A stretch of 64,000 bases of DNA, from positions 13,640,001 through 13,704,000 of the forward strand of contig JBHGNT010000003.1 in the NCBI GenBank assembly GCA_043228905.1, read 5' to 3'. Origin of the DNA: Azolla caroliniana (lineage: Eukaryota; Plantae; Polypodiophyta). A model generated the notes under the pieces. That model was not told where the DNA came from and searched no databases. It saw nothing but the letters and a program-made list of their open reading frames with translations. The translations under genes were made by a program, and so were the position numbers. Position 1 is the stretch's first letter. Each line of letters starts with the position of its first letter. Below are positions 1-11,889 of this stretch, in pieces.

Positions 1-699
1 TATCGAAGGTGTTCACCCAAAGGAACGGGTAACATGTTGCAATCGGAGTGACTCCTCCGCCGCCTACTAGTAAGCCTCCCGCTTCCACAGCCTCTCGGCT
101 AGTCTTTTTGCTCATTCATTGGCCTAGTCTTCCATTCCCCCGCTGTTCACTGCTTTTTGCAGGAATCGTGGTCACCAAAACTATGTTATTCCTGGGCTGG
201 ACAAACCAATAACACAGGGTGTCCTTCCGGAACACTTCACCAAAGGGGTGGTACGGTAAGGAATGGGAGGACCGCAACACAGAACCGTCCCTCTCTGATT
301 GTTATCCAGATCGATTAGTTACGCGCGTAGAATAAACATTATTAAGCACAGAACGGAAAAAACAAGATAGACAAGATATGAAGATAATAACACTTCTCTA
401 TTCATTATCCATCCTTGGTTACATCATATCCGGCTCCTTTTATAGGCACCCGGCTGTGTTACAAACCGGTGCCAACCGGCTACCGGCTATGAACCGGTCC
501 GGATCCAGATCGGCATACCGATTTTGGGTCCATCCGTTCGATCTGATAATTCTAATAATTAATTCTTATTACAACTCCCCTTCATCCCAAAACCGGCTCC
601 CCTTTCATACTTTGGCCTAACCGGCCAACAACTTTTTCCTTGGGAAGTGTGACGATTGCATGGAGTAGCAAGAACTAGTCGACAATAGCATTATCAATT

Positions 700-2120
700 A
701 CTATGGCCGAATACCAAGGAACGGTTGTCGCGACGAAGCCATATGGTTCAAGAGGCTCTTGAAGGATCTGCGTGTAGAGGTGTCTTAACCGACAGTGATA
801 TACTATGAAAACTTCAGCAACATCCAACTTGCGAAGAACCCCGTTTTCCACGCCCGTACCAAGCACATTGAGGTACACTATTCATTTTTTCCATGAGCAA
901 ATTCTCTCAGGAGAAGTGGATTTGTGATATGTTCCGACTGATCGGCAAGTGGCCAACATCTTCACCAAACCTTGCCGCCTGGACAAGTTATGACAACACC
1001 TCGACTTGATTTCAGGACGGCTGAAGAAGTCGATAGGGGGAGTGGCCAAAGAAATGAGCCGGAGTCGGAGTCAACCAAGCAAGGGGGAAGTAGAGCGAAG
1101 AAAGGCAAGACAGGTGGCAAAGCCAAGAAGCGGGCTTGGCATACAACACCTCGACTCGATTTCGGGACAGCTGAAGAAGTCGATAAGGGGAGTGGCCAAA
1201 GAAATGAGCCGGAGTCGGAGCCAACCAAACAAGGGGGAAGTAGAGCCAAGAAAGGCAAGACAGGTGGCAAAGCCAAGAAGCGCAAAGCCGACCTAAACAA
1301 GAAGGCTAGGACCAGGATATGGTCAAATGTGGTCAAGGGCCTAAAGGAAGATGAAGCGGAGACAACTGATTTAGACAAGGGCAGGAACGAATCAATGATA
1401 ATTGATTCAGTCGAGGAGTTTGATTCGGGAGAGCCAAATCATATGAAGGCCAAGGAAACGAGAGGGCAGTCGACACCGATACGGAAGAACCAATGGGTCG
1501 AGGGGCGCCAATGTCGCGACAGATGTATCAACTATCGGGTCCATGGAACATGGGACCAGACCGGACGAGGAGTGCGAGCAAGGCGTGGAGACACCATGAG
1601 GATCTAGAAGAAAGAACCGATGGATGTTGACACAAGGAGCCAACCTCAAGTTGAGCTTGAGGGGGAGTGTTGAGTGAGCAAGCTCAACTTGGGCCTGATC
1701 AGCTGAAGAAGCTGAGAATAAGATTGGATGGAAACTTATCAGTTAGGCCTGATTGGCTGAATAACCGAAAGCCGAATCGATTAGTCAAGTCGGATGGAAT
1801 CCAACAAACCATTTCTATAGACTATATGCCTATTATAGGAAAATTAGTGTTAGGCTCATTTATGAGCATTAACGTACTAATAGTACTTGTGTCAATCCAC
1901 TCGTTAGGGCTTGTATAAAAAGTGCTCTATGAGCACATTGTAAGTACAAAGTTTTTTTGCTAATAGAAGTTCTTGTTGTCTGATCTCTCTATCTTTGTCT
2001 CACACACATTGTGTATCTCCATTCTCCATTCTTTGTGTATACCTAATTGTTGCATTCCGGATAACCGACTGTGTTCTGTGTTTCGCATAAGCTTCCACAC
2101 ATATTCTTTTACAAGAAGCT
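700..2120 (+). mobile_element. Decayed Ty1/copia 3' end: RNase H remnant, charged C-terminal extension, PPT and LTR
   Basis: Frameshifted 'IQLAKNPVFHARTKHIEVHY' at ~820-885 and 'ADIFTKP'-like sequence at ~950. PPT 'ttgagcttgagggggag' is followed by TG at ~1668. Same family as the elements at 20470 and 53681. Boundaries approximate. Confidence 0.8.
993..1292 (+). repeat. Two-copy ~150-bp tandem duplication in the copia 3' extension
   Basis: 'acaacacctcgac..gctgaagaagtcgata..ggcaaagccaagaagcg' starts at both 993 and 1143. Confidence 0.85.
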
Positions 2121-2149
2121 GAAAGCCGAACCAGCTGATGAAGCCATTA

Positions 2150-3252
2150 AGGGCATACATTCCTATTTTAGTAATAGGAGTATTATAGGCAAGTTAGTGT
2201 CAGAGCTCATAAGTGAGAAATTAGTACTAAGTTAGTACTTGTGTCAACCCACTGTTAGGGGCTTGTATATTAAGTGCTCTATGAGAACATTGTTTGTACC
2301 GAGAGTTTATTGGAATAGAATTATTCATTGTCTGCTAACTTAGTCTCTCTCTCACTATGTACTTGTCTCTCACACTCATTCTTTGTGTATCTAAGTGTCT
2401 ATTATTCCTGACTGAGCCGACTGCTTGTGTACGCTTCTGCACATAAACTTTTACATTGTCTTTAAGGGCACGACATTCGTCTTTGATATGTCCAGGCTTC
2501 TTGCAGTAATTGCACATTCGAGTATCCCTAGATTTTCTTCTGCCTCTCGCATTTGCCGATTGTTGGGAAGAACTTCTTCCTCGACTGTTTGGTTGGTCGG
2601 CCACACTTTGCACCATGAAAGAATCATTTGCCGACTCATGTGTGAATGTTTTTCTCTGAGCGTCTTTTGACATAATGGAGATCGTGACCTTCATCCGAAG
2701 ATTGTAAAGGCACCGGATAAGATAAATCTTTGTGGCGGCCACCTTCTTTTCATGTGTTTGACAACATCTTCCATAGTTGGTATGTTGTTGGACATGATTG
2801 TATTGTACAGTAAATTATAAAGATTATATGCGGAAGCTTGTACACAAGACACAATCAGCTCAACCAGCAAACAATAGATAGTTAGGTAAACACAGAGTAT
2901 ATAGTATGAGAGAGAGGGAGAGAGTTAGCAAACAACAAAAATCTCAATTCAATAATAATACTTTGTACATACAATGTGCTCATAGAGCATTTCTTACACA
3001 AGCCCCTGACAGTGAGTGGGCTTACACAAGTACTGACACGTGCTTTAATGCTCTTCAAGAGCTCTGACACTAAATAGCCTATAATAGTCCTATTACTAAA
3101 ATAGAAATGTCGACCCCTAACGGCTTGTCGGCTACCAGTTGATCTAGCTATCGACTTCTTCAACCGACTCTCCTCAACCGATCCAGCTTTCGGCTTCTTC
3201 AGTGGACTCGACCTTTAGCCGATTCGGATCACATTGAGCTTGTCACTCAACA
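2150..3252. mobile_element. Jumble of LTR pieces and a copia gag zinc-knuckle fragment
   Basis: ORF 2335-2742(-) contains CNYCKKPGHIKDEC (CCHC). 2150-2445 resembles the LTR at 1668. ~2815-3252 is the same LTR family in the opposite orientation, ending 'cactcaaca'. Confidence 0.65.
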
Positions 3253-4961
3253 TAAACTATTTGTAAGCGTGATGGCATTCACAAGCTCTAGAAAGCCTTG
3301 GGTGAATGTGGTGCACACAAAGAGTCCCAAAACACAACGGCCCAAATAGCATCAGGCTAGTCCCAATAGCTAGATATGGCCTTATACAAGGAGTAGGAAT
3401 GGGAAGGAGAAGTCATTCCATAATTTCCTCGATAAGAAGTTGGATGATTGGTGCTCTCTCCCTCCCTCGATGTGTTTTTAGAGTTGTCCCAACTCGTCCC
3501 AACTCACATTCTGGTTTTTGTCCCAATGTTGGGACTCTTTTGTAATATCTTGAGTTGAATATAGCATACTACCATTTCCCGTGTTTGTTTCCATTTGCAT
3601 GTTCTTGTGTGTGATTAGTTGAATTGGTTTTTTGGGACATAAGAAAGGGTATGTTAATCTCATTACCAATGAACTACACAAATATATCATATTGGAATGA
3701 TCCTGTTTGCATATGATAAATTCTTAGAATGGGAATTCCCAAAGTACACAACGAAAACGTAACAAAGAATCATATGGACATGAAAGTGTATACCTGGATT
3801 CAGAAGCTAATATTTCCTTGCTATAATAGTTCATGACCCTCAAGGTTAGTCTACCAATCAAATAAGTGAGTCTATGGCTAGTCACCCTAAACTTAGCAAT
3901 CGAAGGTTTGTTGAAAAACTACAATTTAGTAAAAGCTTTTATAAGATTCAATCAACATTTATGAGTAGAGTTGTGAACAACCATTGTCATATTCAGATGC
4001 CATGCCATGTTGACATGCATATCAACACCACCAACTGCCCACCACCTTAACATTGGTAGCTCAATAACTTGTGTAAAAACGCGAAAAAATGAACATTGAT
4101 TTGGAAAAATAAAAAAGGGAAAAATAAAAATAAACATAAAAGGGGAATTAGAGGAAAAAGATAGAACAAGGTATGTTCGAAATCAAAGAAGAGATCAAAG
4201 CATACAAGAGGGAGAGGGAAAGTAAACAATAGAGGATTCCAAGAGAGTAAAATAATAGAAGAGAAGAGACTAGAGAGAAAATAGTTTTCTTGTAGTTGGA
4301 GAGAGACACATTAGTGGAATCTATATGAGCAAGTTGAAGTTGAGGTGTTGAACACAATTCAACATCTATCGACTCATCATGTGAGAGGCAATCTCGAGAG
4401 GGACATCATTCATCCAACTCTCAACCTGGGTGATTCATTTTGCATATCTTAGTACTAATTCATTAAATTTGAGTAATTATCAATATCTCCTTAATCAAGC
4501 TTGTCAATTTAACTTTTCTTCTCACTCTTTACCAAGGTTTTGTTCCCCCAGGGCCTCATCTAATAAAATTTATTGGCGTTGTATTTCGTCGAAATTCATG
4601 AAAAACATGTAGCTACATTATTCATGTGGGGCGCCAAGGTAGGAGATGAAGAATGAGGACAAAAGGGCCCTTCGAATAGAGAAGGGAATATAGGGGAATT
4701 AAAAACAAACAAACGAATGTATGGATGATTAGGTTGAACGCCCGGCCTTCTTGCCTTCTGCCTTGGAAAGGGAGGGTGGGACCCCTCCCTTCCCCTCCCC
4801 TCGCCTCCTTCGTTTGTTCGTTTGTTGGTTGGTAGGAAGTGGTCATGTAGGTAGATAGGTAGATAGGTAGGTAGGTGGCCCTTCTGTGCTTTGCTTTGCT
4901 ATGCGTAGTTAATGGATGAATGAAATGAGTGAATGAATGAATATGAAGGAACAATGAGGAG

Positions 4962-5230
4962 ACACACACACACACACACGCACGCACGCACATTAATCAC
5001 TTAATTACCGCTCTCTCTCTCTCTCTCTCAATATGTATGTATGTATACATATGTATATGCACAATATTTAAAAAAACACACATATGTACATATTGATATA
5101 TTATTACATATGTATATAATATATATATATATATATAGTGTGAGAAATAGATATATATACATTGATACATATATGTACCTATATATATATATCGAGGTGG
5201 AGAGAGAAAGAAAGAGACAGAGAGGGTAGA
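4962..5230. repeat. CA/CT/AT/GA microsatellite-rich promoter and 5' UTR of SCP2
   Basis: (CA)n, (CT)n, (TA)n and (GA)n tracts lie directly upstream of the ATG at 5290. Confidence 0.8.
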
Positions 5231-5289
5231 ACATCTGGAGAGCAAGACGAGCCGCAGGGGCAGAGGCAGAGGCCGAGGCAGAGAGAGAG

Positions 5290-6628
5290 ATGGCATCATC
5301 ATCATCATCATCGCAGTGTGCAGGCATCGATTCGCAGCTCCAGTCGGCGGGTGTGCTGCAGCAGATGCAGGTCCACCTGGAGAGCGAGGCCGGGAAAGAC
5401 CTCCTCACCAAGATCGGCCTCGTCTACCAAATCAACATTGCCCCCAAGGTAAAGCCATTTTTATAAAAAATAAATTAGTTTTACTTTCCGCCTTCGTCCT
5501 CGCAGAACAGAAGCTTCTGTTGGCTTTTTCTCGTTCTTTCTGATGTCTGTCCTCTAACGCTTTTGATCTCCACCATGGATATATATATGTGTATATATAT
5601 ATATATATAATCGTCGTCCATCGCTATTGGAAAATTCTCCATAATGCCAAAATGGTCTGCGTCATAGTCCTTTCTACAATTTTCTGTGCGACGTTTGTTT
5701 ATGTTGACTTCTCTGCTTCCTTTCCTTTATTCATGAATTGAAGATATGATGGTATATGACTAGCGGTCTCTATCCCCCCTGCCCCTGATAAACATGTTGT
5801 AATCGGCAATGGTGACAAATGCCCAAAAACCAATACAGAGATTGGCACTGAAAATATGGTATGATTTCTTTTGCAGAAATTAGGGAAAGATGAGGAGCAG
5901 TTTGTTGTTGATCTCAAGATTGGGAAAGTTTACAAAGGTATGCTCATTTTGGCATGTGCCGCCTCCCCCCTGCCAAATCTTATGGCTAGCATACATGCCG
6001 TACTTCAACATTTCTGCATCTTATGGGTCATGTTCTGCTAGTAATTGATTGTTTTCTGGTTGGGTACATGAAGGTTCATATGAAGGCAAGCCCGATGCCA
6101 CGTTTGCATTTGTGGATAGCGACTTTGTTGCAGTCTCTACAGGGAAGTTGAACCCTCAAATTGCCTTCATCAGGTAAACAATGTGTCCTAAGACACACAC
6201 ATCTTGGCTGTTTGTGTTTTGAAGAGAGGTGTGGATGAGGTGGGTGAAGATCAGAACCAGGAGAAATGTGTGTGTCCCATGAATACTTTGGGAGTTTCTC
6301 CATGAATATGGTTGTATGTATTATCACATTTCAGAGTCATGGAAAAGTATTAAGAAAGAAACTCACCAATCAGATTGGAAGCATAAGGTTTAGTAACCCA
6401 AAAACTCAATTCTCTAGTTCCAGTTTCCCCGTATTAACATTGCCCGAGATCCAGTTTGATGAGGAATGTTTATAAAATCTGGTGCATAACATGAAACTGT
6501 TATTTGTTTTGGGCTTTTGTAACCATGCCTTGTGCTTGCCTTGTAGGGGCAAAATGAAGGTCAAAGGAAGCATGAGTGCCGCCCAGAAATTCACGCCTGA
6601 CATCTTTCCCAAACCAGCCAAGCTGTAG
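5290..6628 (+). CDS. SCP2: Peroxisomal sterol carrier protein 2 (SCP2), 4 exons, 133 aa
   Basis: Exons 5290-5448, 5877-5937, 6074-6173 and 6547-6628, all GT-AG and phase-consistent (402 nt). Protein: MASSSSSSQCAGIDSQLQSAGVLQQMQVHLESEAGKDLLTKIGLVYQINIAPK-KLGKDEEQFVVDLKIGKVYKG-SYEGKPDATFAFVDSDFVAVSTGKLNPQIAFIR-GKMKVKGSMSAAQKFTPDIFPKPAKL*. Typical plant SCP2 with a C-terminal PTS1 (AKL). Confidence 0.95.
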
Positions 6629-8799
6629 GAATGAGCAAAGAAAATCTAGTTATGGGGAAAGTTGGTTTTTTATTTGTTGATGGAAGTGCTTTACTTATTA
6701 TAGGCTCATGCTACAAATGTTTCTAAGATGTATGATGTATAGTGCCTTGAGTTTAATGAAGGCACCTTTGTGAGGTCGGGTGATTCATTTTGTGGTAAAT
6801 TGCTCTTCAGTAAGACAATTGATCTTAAGAACTTTACTGGCAAAGCTCCCCCCCCCCCTTCCCTATCTTATAGTTCTTAAAAGTGAAGAATAAATTTGAA
6901 TAAAATATTAACAATTTCATGAAATTCTGGTTATCAACCATGCATTTGCTGTTGGCTATTGTCCAATCTCTATAGAAATGTAAACTATTGGACTGAACTG
7001 CATTTCAAATAAAGAAACTCAAATCATAGATTTCTGATTCGTTCTCTTGGGAAATTGAGAGGATCCTAGCACACTAGAGGCTAATTCAAATTGTTTCTCT
7101 AGCCAAGTAATGAAAGACAAAATTGTTCCCTTGTGTAGGCCCTACCTCTAGTACTCTACTTTGAGGAGGGTTCTTTGTATTGTACCTGATCCAAGATTGT
7201 CATTAACTTGGAGAGGAACTATGCCCCACGGGTCACCATGTTTAGCTCAAATGTTTATGGTGCCCCAAGTGCTGAGGTTTAGGTCATGTTTTGTGATTAC
7301 TTATGTCTGAAATAGCCCATGTAATTGCTCTGTTTAGGTAGGTATGAGTAAGTGCCTTGCTTGTGTCATTAGATTGGGATGATCCTTATATTAGGCCATA
7401 GTATGTAATATTCGTGTTTGTTAGCCCAAACATTCATTTTCATTCGTGTATGTTATTAAAACATTCTTGCATTTTTTTTACACTTTGTACCTTAACTTTC
7501 TTACCTTAAAAAAATTACCTTATAATAAATAATGAGTGCAAAATTATGGTATTTACCATACTTCCAGGGTGTTTTTCATACTCGAATGATAAGAATGTTT
7601 GGGAATGTGAATACACGAATGGTATGTATGCTTCATAGTCTGTATTGGGCCATAACATAATGTACATAGCTGAGAAGCAGCATAATTGTATGGCTCATGT
7701 GTACAACACATTTGGAGGGATTCCTTACATTGAATTTCTCACATAAGATGCCATGGTGTTTCAAGCATTTTCTAGGGACAAAGATATCAAGACATAAGCT
7801 TCAATACCTTGGATTTTCTGTCACTTAGCTAGACTAAGGGGACATCATAATGCAATGGTATATGTTAGAGACATAAGTTTATGCTTAGTGTCAGCCTTTA
7901 GACATTCTACCTTAATAGTCTTTAGACATTATATCAAACATTGCTTGGAAATGTATTTGTCTTCTTTCACACACATTTAGAGATCTAGAGAATGGAATGC
8001 CCTTAGGTATACCGTATATCTTCATTTCCTTAGATTCGAAGTACGCATGTTCTTTTATGTTAGGGCTATGCCAAATTCATATTAATTTAAGTACATGTTT
8101 CTACTAACACTATATGCACCATTATTTTGCTAATGGCATTACAGAATGTAAGGGTTAAATGCATAAGCTCTCTAGTCTTTGCCAAACATAGTTAGATGGT
8201 ATTGCAGAACGTTAGAGTTAAACGCTTCACATCTTGTTTGTGTCAAACATTGTTTGATGGCATTGCATAATGTAAGAGTTAATTGCTTAACCTCTTATTT
8301 TTTCAATTTTCATAATAGGATTAACCTCATCATTTTTCATAAACTACACCCCTCATCCATGCATTGAACTAATGTGTTTATGATCTATAAACCCTTGACA
8401 CAACCATCTCAACAATGACTTTATTTGCTCTCCAAAGATTTAGATGATGATTGATAAAGATCCCACGGTTCTTTTCATTTGAAGAGATCACAAACAATAT
8501 TACATACCCTTTTCCATGACTTTGTGTTTCATTAATCATTCAATCATATCTCAATTGTCAATCCTTGAGGTTTAACTTGTTGCTAACTATATGTGTACAC
8601 ATGTAGCATCTAAGGATATCCCTTGACCATTGTACAAACACGGGTCACCCAAGTCCAACGACATGACAATATGATGACAATCCTATGAATGTCGTCGTTC
8701 TACTTGAGATGAACTCGGGGAAAGCTCCTTTGATATAACAAAAATTTGAATGCATCAATCATGCATGTAGGCTATTAAGACTTTAGATGAGACAATTCT

Positions 8800-11260
8800 T
8801 AAGAGTCTAAAATCTCATTTGATCTCATTCAGGCTAAGTGGGCCGAATGAGCGACTGTGTCGGCATGACCAGTCAGACGCAAATCCGGCGAGTAATGGAG
8901 ACTCGATCGTGCATTCCCCGCACAGGAAGTCGAGGAGACGGTTTGCGCTCAAAGAGAAGGGAAAGAAGAAGATGCCGGAGTACGACACTGATAAAGATGA
9001 GTTGGATCGAAGCAAATCCTACTCCGAGAAGAACGAAGACTGACCTTCGGAAATGAACTCCGCGTCGGCCAAGAGGCCCTCAAAATTGGCTAATGAGCAA
9101 TTACGCCGATCTACCCGCTAGAAGGACCCCGTGGTGTGGTTTGGATAAACCGAGTACATGGCGCATCATTATGCGTACATGACGTGAGTGGCGGAAGTGC
9201 GTGAGCCAAAGAGCTACGCAGATGTGGCGAAGGACACAAATTGGCGTGACGCAATGGAGGAAGAGATGCACGCATTAGCGGAAAATGAAACTTGGGTCTT
9301 GGTTGATGCCCCGAAGGGTCTAAAGCCAATTGGATGCAGGTGGGTGTACAAGGTCAAGTACAAGGCCCGGTTAGTGGCAAAGGGATACAAACATCAACAC
9401 GGATGAGACCTTTGCGCCAGTCGCGAAGATGATGATCGTCTGTGTCTTGCTTGCGGTAGCTGTGGTAAAGGGGTGGCATTTACATCAAATGGATGTAAAG
9501 AATCTGTTCCAGCAAGGAGAACTTGAGGAACAAGTGTACATGGTACAACCCCCCGGATTTCGGTCCGGAAAGAACACCTCGGCGGTATGTCGACTAAAGA
9601 AGTCCCTCTACGGACTAAAGCAAGCCCTGCGAGTGTGGAACGTGAAGATCACGCAGCGCCTACGTTGGATGGGGTTTGCAACATCCAAATTAGACTCTTC
9701 GTTCGTCCGGCAAGGTCAACATGGACCGGTTAATATTTTACTTTATGTTGATGATTTAGTCATCGCCGACACCGACTTAGATGAAATTGGCCCGTAAAGT
9801 CCTAGCTCGCGGCATCATTCGACATGAAGGACCTAGGGGACCTTCATTACTTCCTAGGGATCGAAGTGATTTGCACTCCCGAAGGCATACTGATCAGCCA
9901 ATGACATTACGTGCTAAGTATGCTCTTCAAGTTCGGGATGGCAGACTGTAAGTCCATTTCAACTCCGCTGGACAGAAATGTCAAGCTTCGTCGAGATTCG
10001 AGAAAGGCGTGTGACCCGACACGTTTTTGACAGATTATCGGAAGCCTAATTTATTTGACGATCACTTGGTTGGATCTCAGTTACCCGGTCAGCCTGATAA
10101 GTCAATTTATGTCACAGCCCACGGCCAAACACCTTCAGTGCGCGCAAAGGATATTGCGCTATGTTCATGGCACTAAGGATAGGGCGCTGTTATATCGGAT
10201 CGGTATTGCGGAACAGCTCGTCGGCTACTCGGATTTCGATTGGGCCAGAAACGTCGACAATCATAGATCCACATGTGGGTTCGCTTTCTTGTTTGGGAGC
10301 ACTGGGATCGCCTAGAGTAGCAAGAAGCAGTTGAGAGTTGCACTGTTGAGCACGGAAGTTGAGTATCGAGGAGCGGTTGTCGCGACATTCGAAGCCATTT
10401 GGCTCAAGAGGCTACTCAAGGATCTGTAGGTGGAGGTGTCCGCTCCAACGACGATCTACTACGACAACCTCGGTAGCATCCAACTTGCGAAGAACCTCGT
10501 CTTCCACACCCGGACCAAGCACATCGAGGTGCACCACCATTTTGTCCGCAAGCGTGTCCTCTCCGATGAAGTCGAACTAGTATCTGTTCCGACGGATCAA
10601 TAGACTGCCGACATCTTCACCAAGCCCCTTAGTCTCGACAAATTGTGGCAATTCTTGGGTGCGCTTGGTTTGCGGCACTTGAACGTGCCAAACTTGAGGA
10701 GGAGAAAAGAGCAGGAAAGGAGCGGAAGTGACCTCGAAGCTGAGTCGGATGAAGAATTCGATTTCGGATCGACTGAAGAAGCCGAAGGCGGAAACAGGGG
10801 CATCAACCGAAGGGAAGAGCCAGAGTCAACTGAATGAGGGGGAGATGAAGCCAAGAAGGCCAAGAAGGCCAAGACCAAGACATGGTCAGATGTAGTCAAG
10901 GCCTTGAAGACCGAAAAAGAATTGGAGACAACCAATTCAGACAAAAGAGGAAATGAATCGGAGACAACCAATTCGGTTCGAATGTTCGATTCGGGGACAC
11001 CGAATCAACTAAAGGCCAAGTGGAAGAAAGGGAAGCGAAAGTGGCGCCAACACCGCGACAGCAAGGGAGTTGGGAAAGGCCGTATGAGCAGACAAGCCGA
11101 CTGAAAGGGTCAAGGAGCGCAACTAAGGTGTGAATCCAGGAGAAGCCGGAGCGAAGAACCGGAAGAGCAGGCGGAACCTCAAGTTGAGCTTGAGGGGGAG
11201 TGTTGAGATACAAGCTCAACATTGGGTGCGTAAACCGGTGCGTAAACCAGTGCATAGACT
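8800..11260 (+). mobile_element. Truncated, decayed Ty1/copia pol (INT-RT linker, RT, RNase H, extension), PPT and start of 3' LTR
   Basis: KPIGCRWVYKVK, HQMDVKN, KKSLYGLKQA, LLYVDDL and RNase H motifs with stops and frameshifts. PPT 'ttgagggggag' is followed by TG at ~11200. Confidence 0.9.
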
Positions 11261-11289
11261 AGGTGTGCAACGAGAGATCGTAGTGGTGC

Positions 11290-11840
11290 AAAGCTCAGAT
11301 ACCAATTGTTAATAACAAAAAAAATTAATAACAAATGAAGCATTAGAATAAAAGCTTAGATACCAATTGTTAGAGTTATATCCTAATGTAAACATGAGAT
11401 AAGGATATAGAAGATAAATAGATAAGAGAGGAGAGACAAAGAAGGGTGCCGATCCACCTAACCATCCCTGAGCAAAGGGATCAAGATGGACTCGAGCCTT
11501 GATCGACGTCCCATACCACCGCCGTGGCATAAAGTCATACCTAGTACTGGCGTGCTCACTACAAGAGTTGATCAACCACAAGGTCAGAGTCTCGACATAG
11601 TCAAGAGATGATAAATGAGGGTAGTTAGGCCTCATATTTATAGCCAAACCTAAGGCCCTCATGCAAGTTCACACTTGGTCGAATGGGTTGTCTCAATCCC
11701 AAGTATTAAAAGTAATCCTTCCCTTCTTTACAGTCTCGTTTAACCCTCACACTTTATCCACGTGTATAGAATACTACGGTAGAACTTACCACGGGATATT
11801 ATATGATCATGCCCGTAACAATCTTCTTCTTCCCTTTTTC
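11290..11840 (-). mobile_element. LTR of another family, bracketed by PPT-like and tRNA-Met PBS-like sequences
   Basis: Two PBS-like reverse complements, 'gctcagatacca' (~11292) and 'gcttagatacca' (~11353). TG...CA segment ~11367-11820, followed by a pyrimidine tract (PPT on the minus strand). Confidence 0.5.
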
Positions 11841-11889
11841 CTTATAGGTAAGCCGTCTCTTCGGCCTCAGCCTTGGGGATTGCACGGTT

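Noticed and set aside
4622-5543. Several ORFs around the SCP2 5' region
   Set aside because: They are microsatellite-derived low-complexity translations or off-frame overlaps of SCP2 exon 1.
6900-8750. Possible decayed transposon coding sequence downstream of SCP2
   Set aside because: No motif could be identified with confidence.
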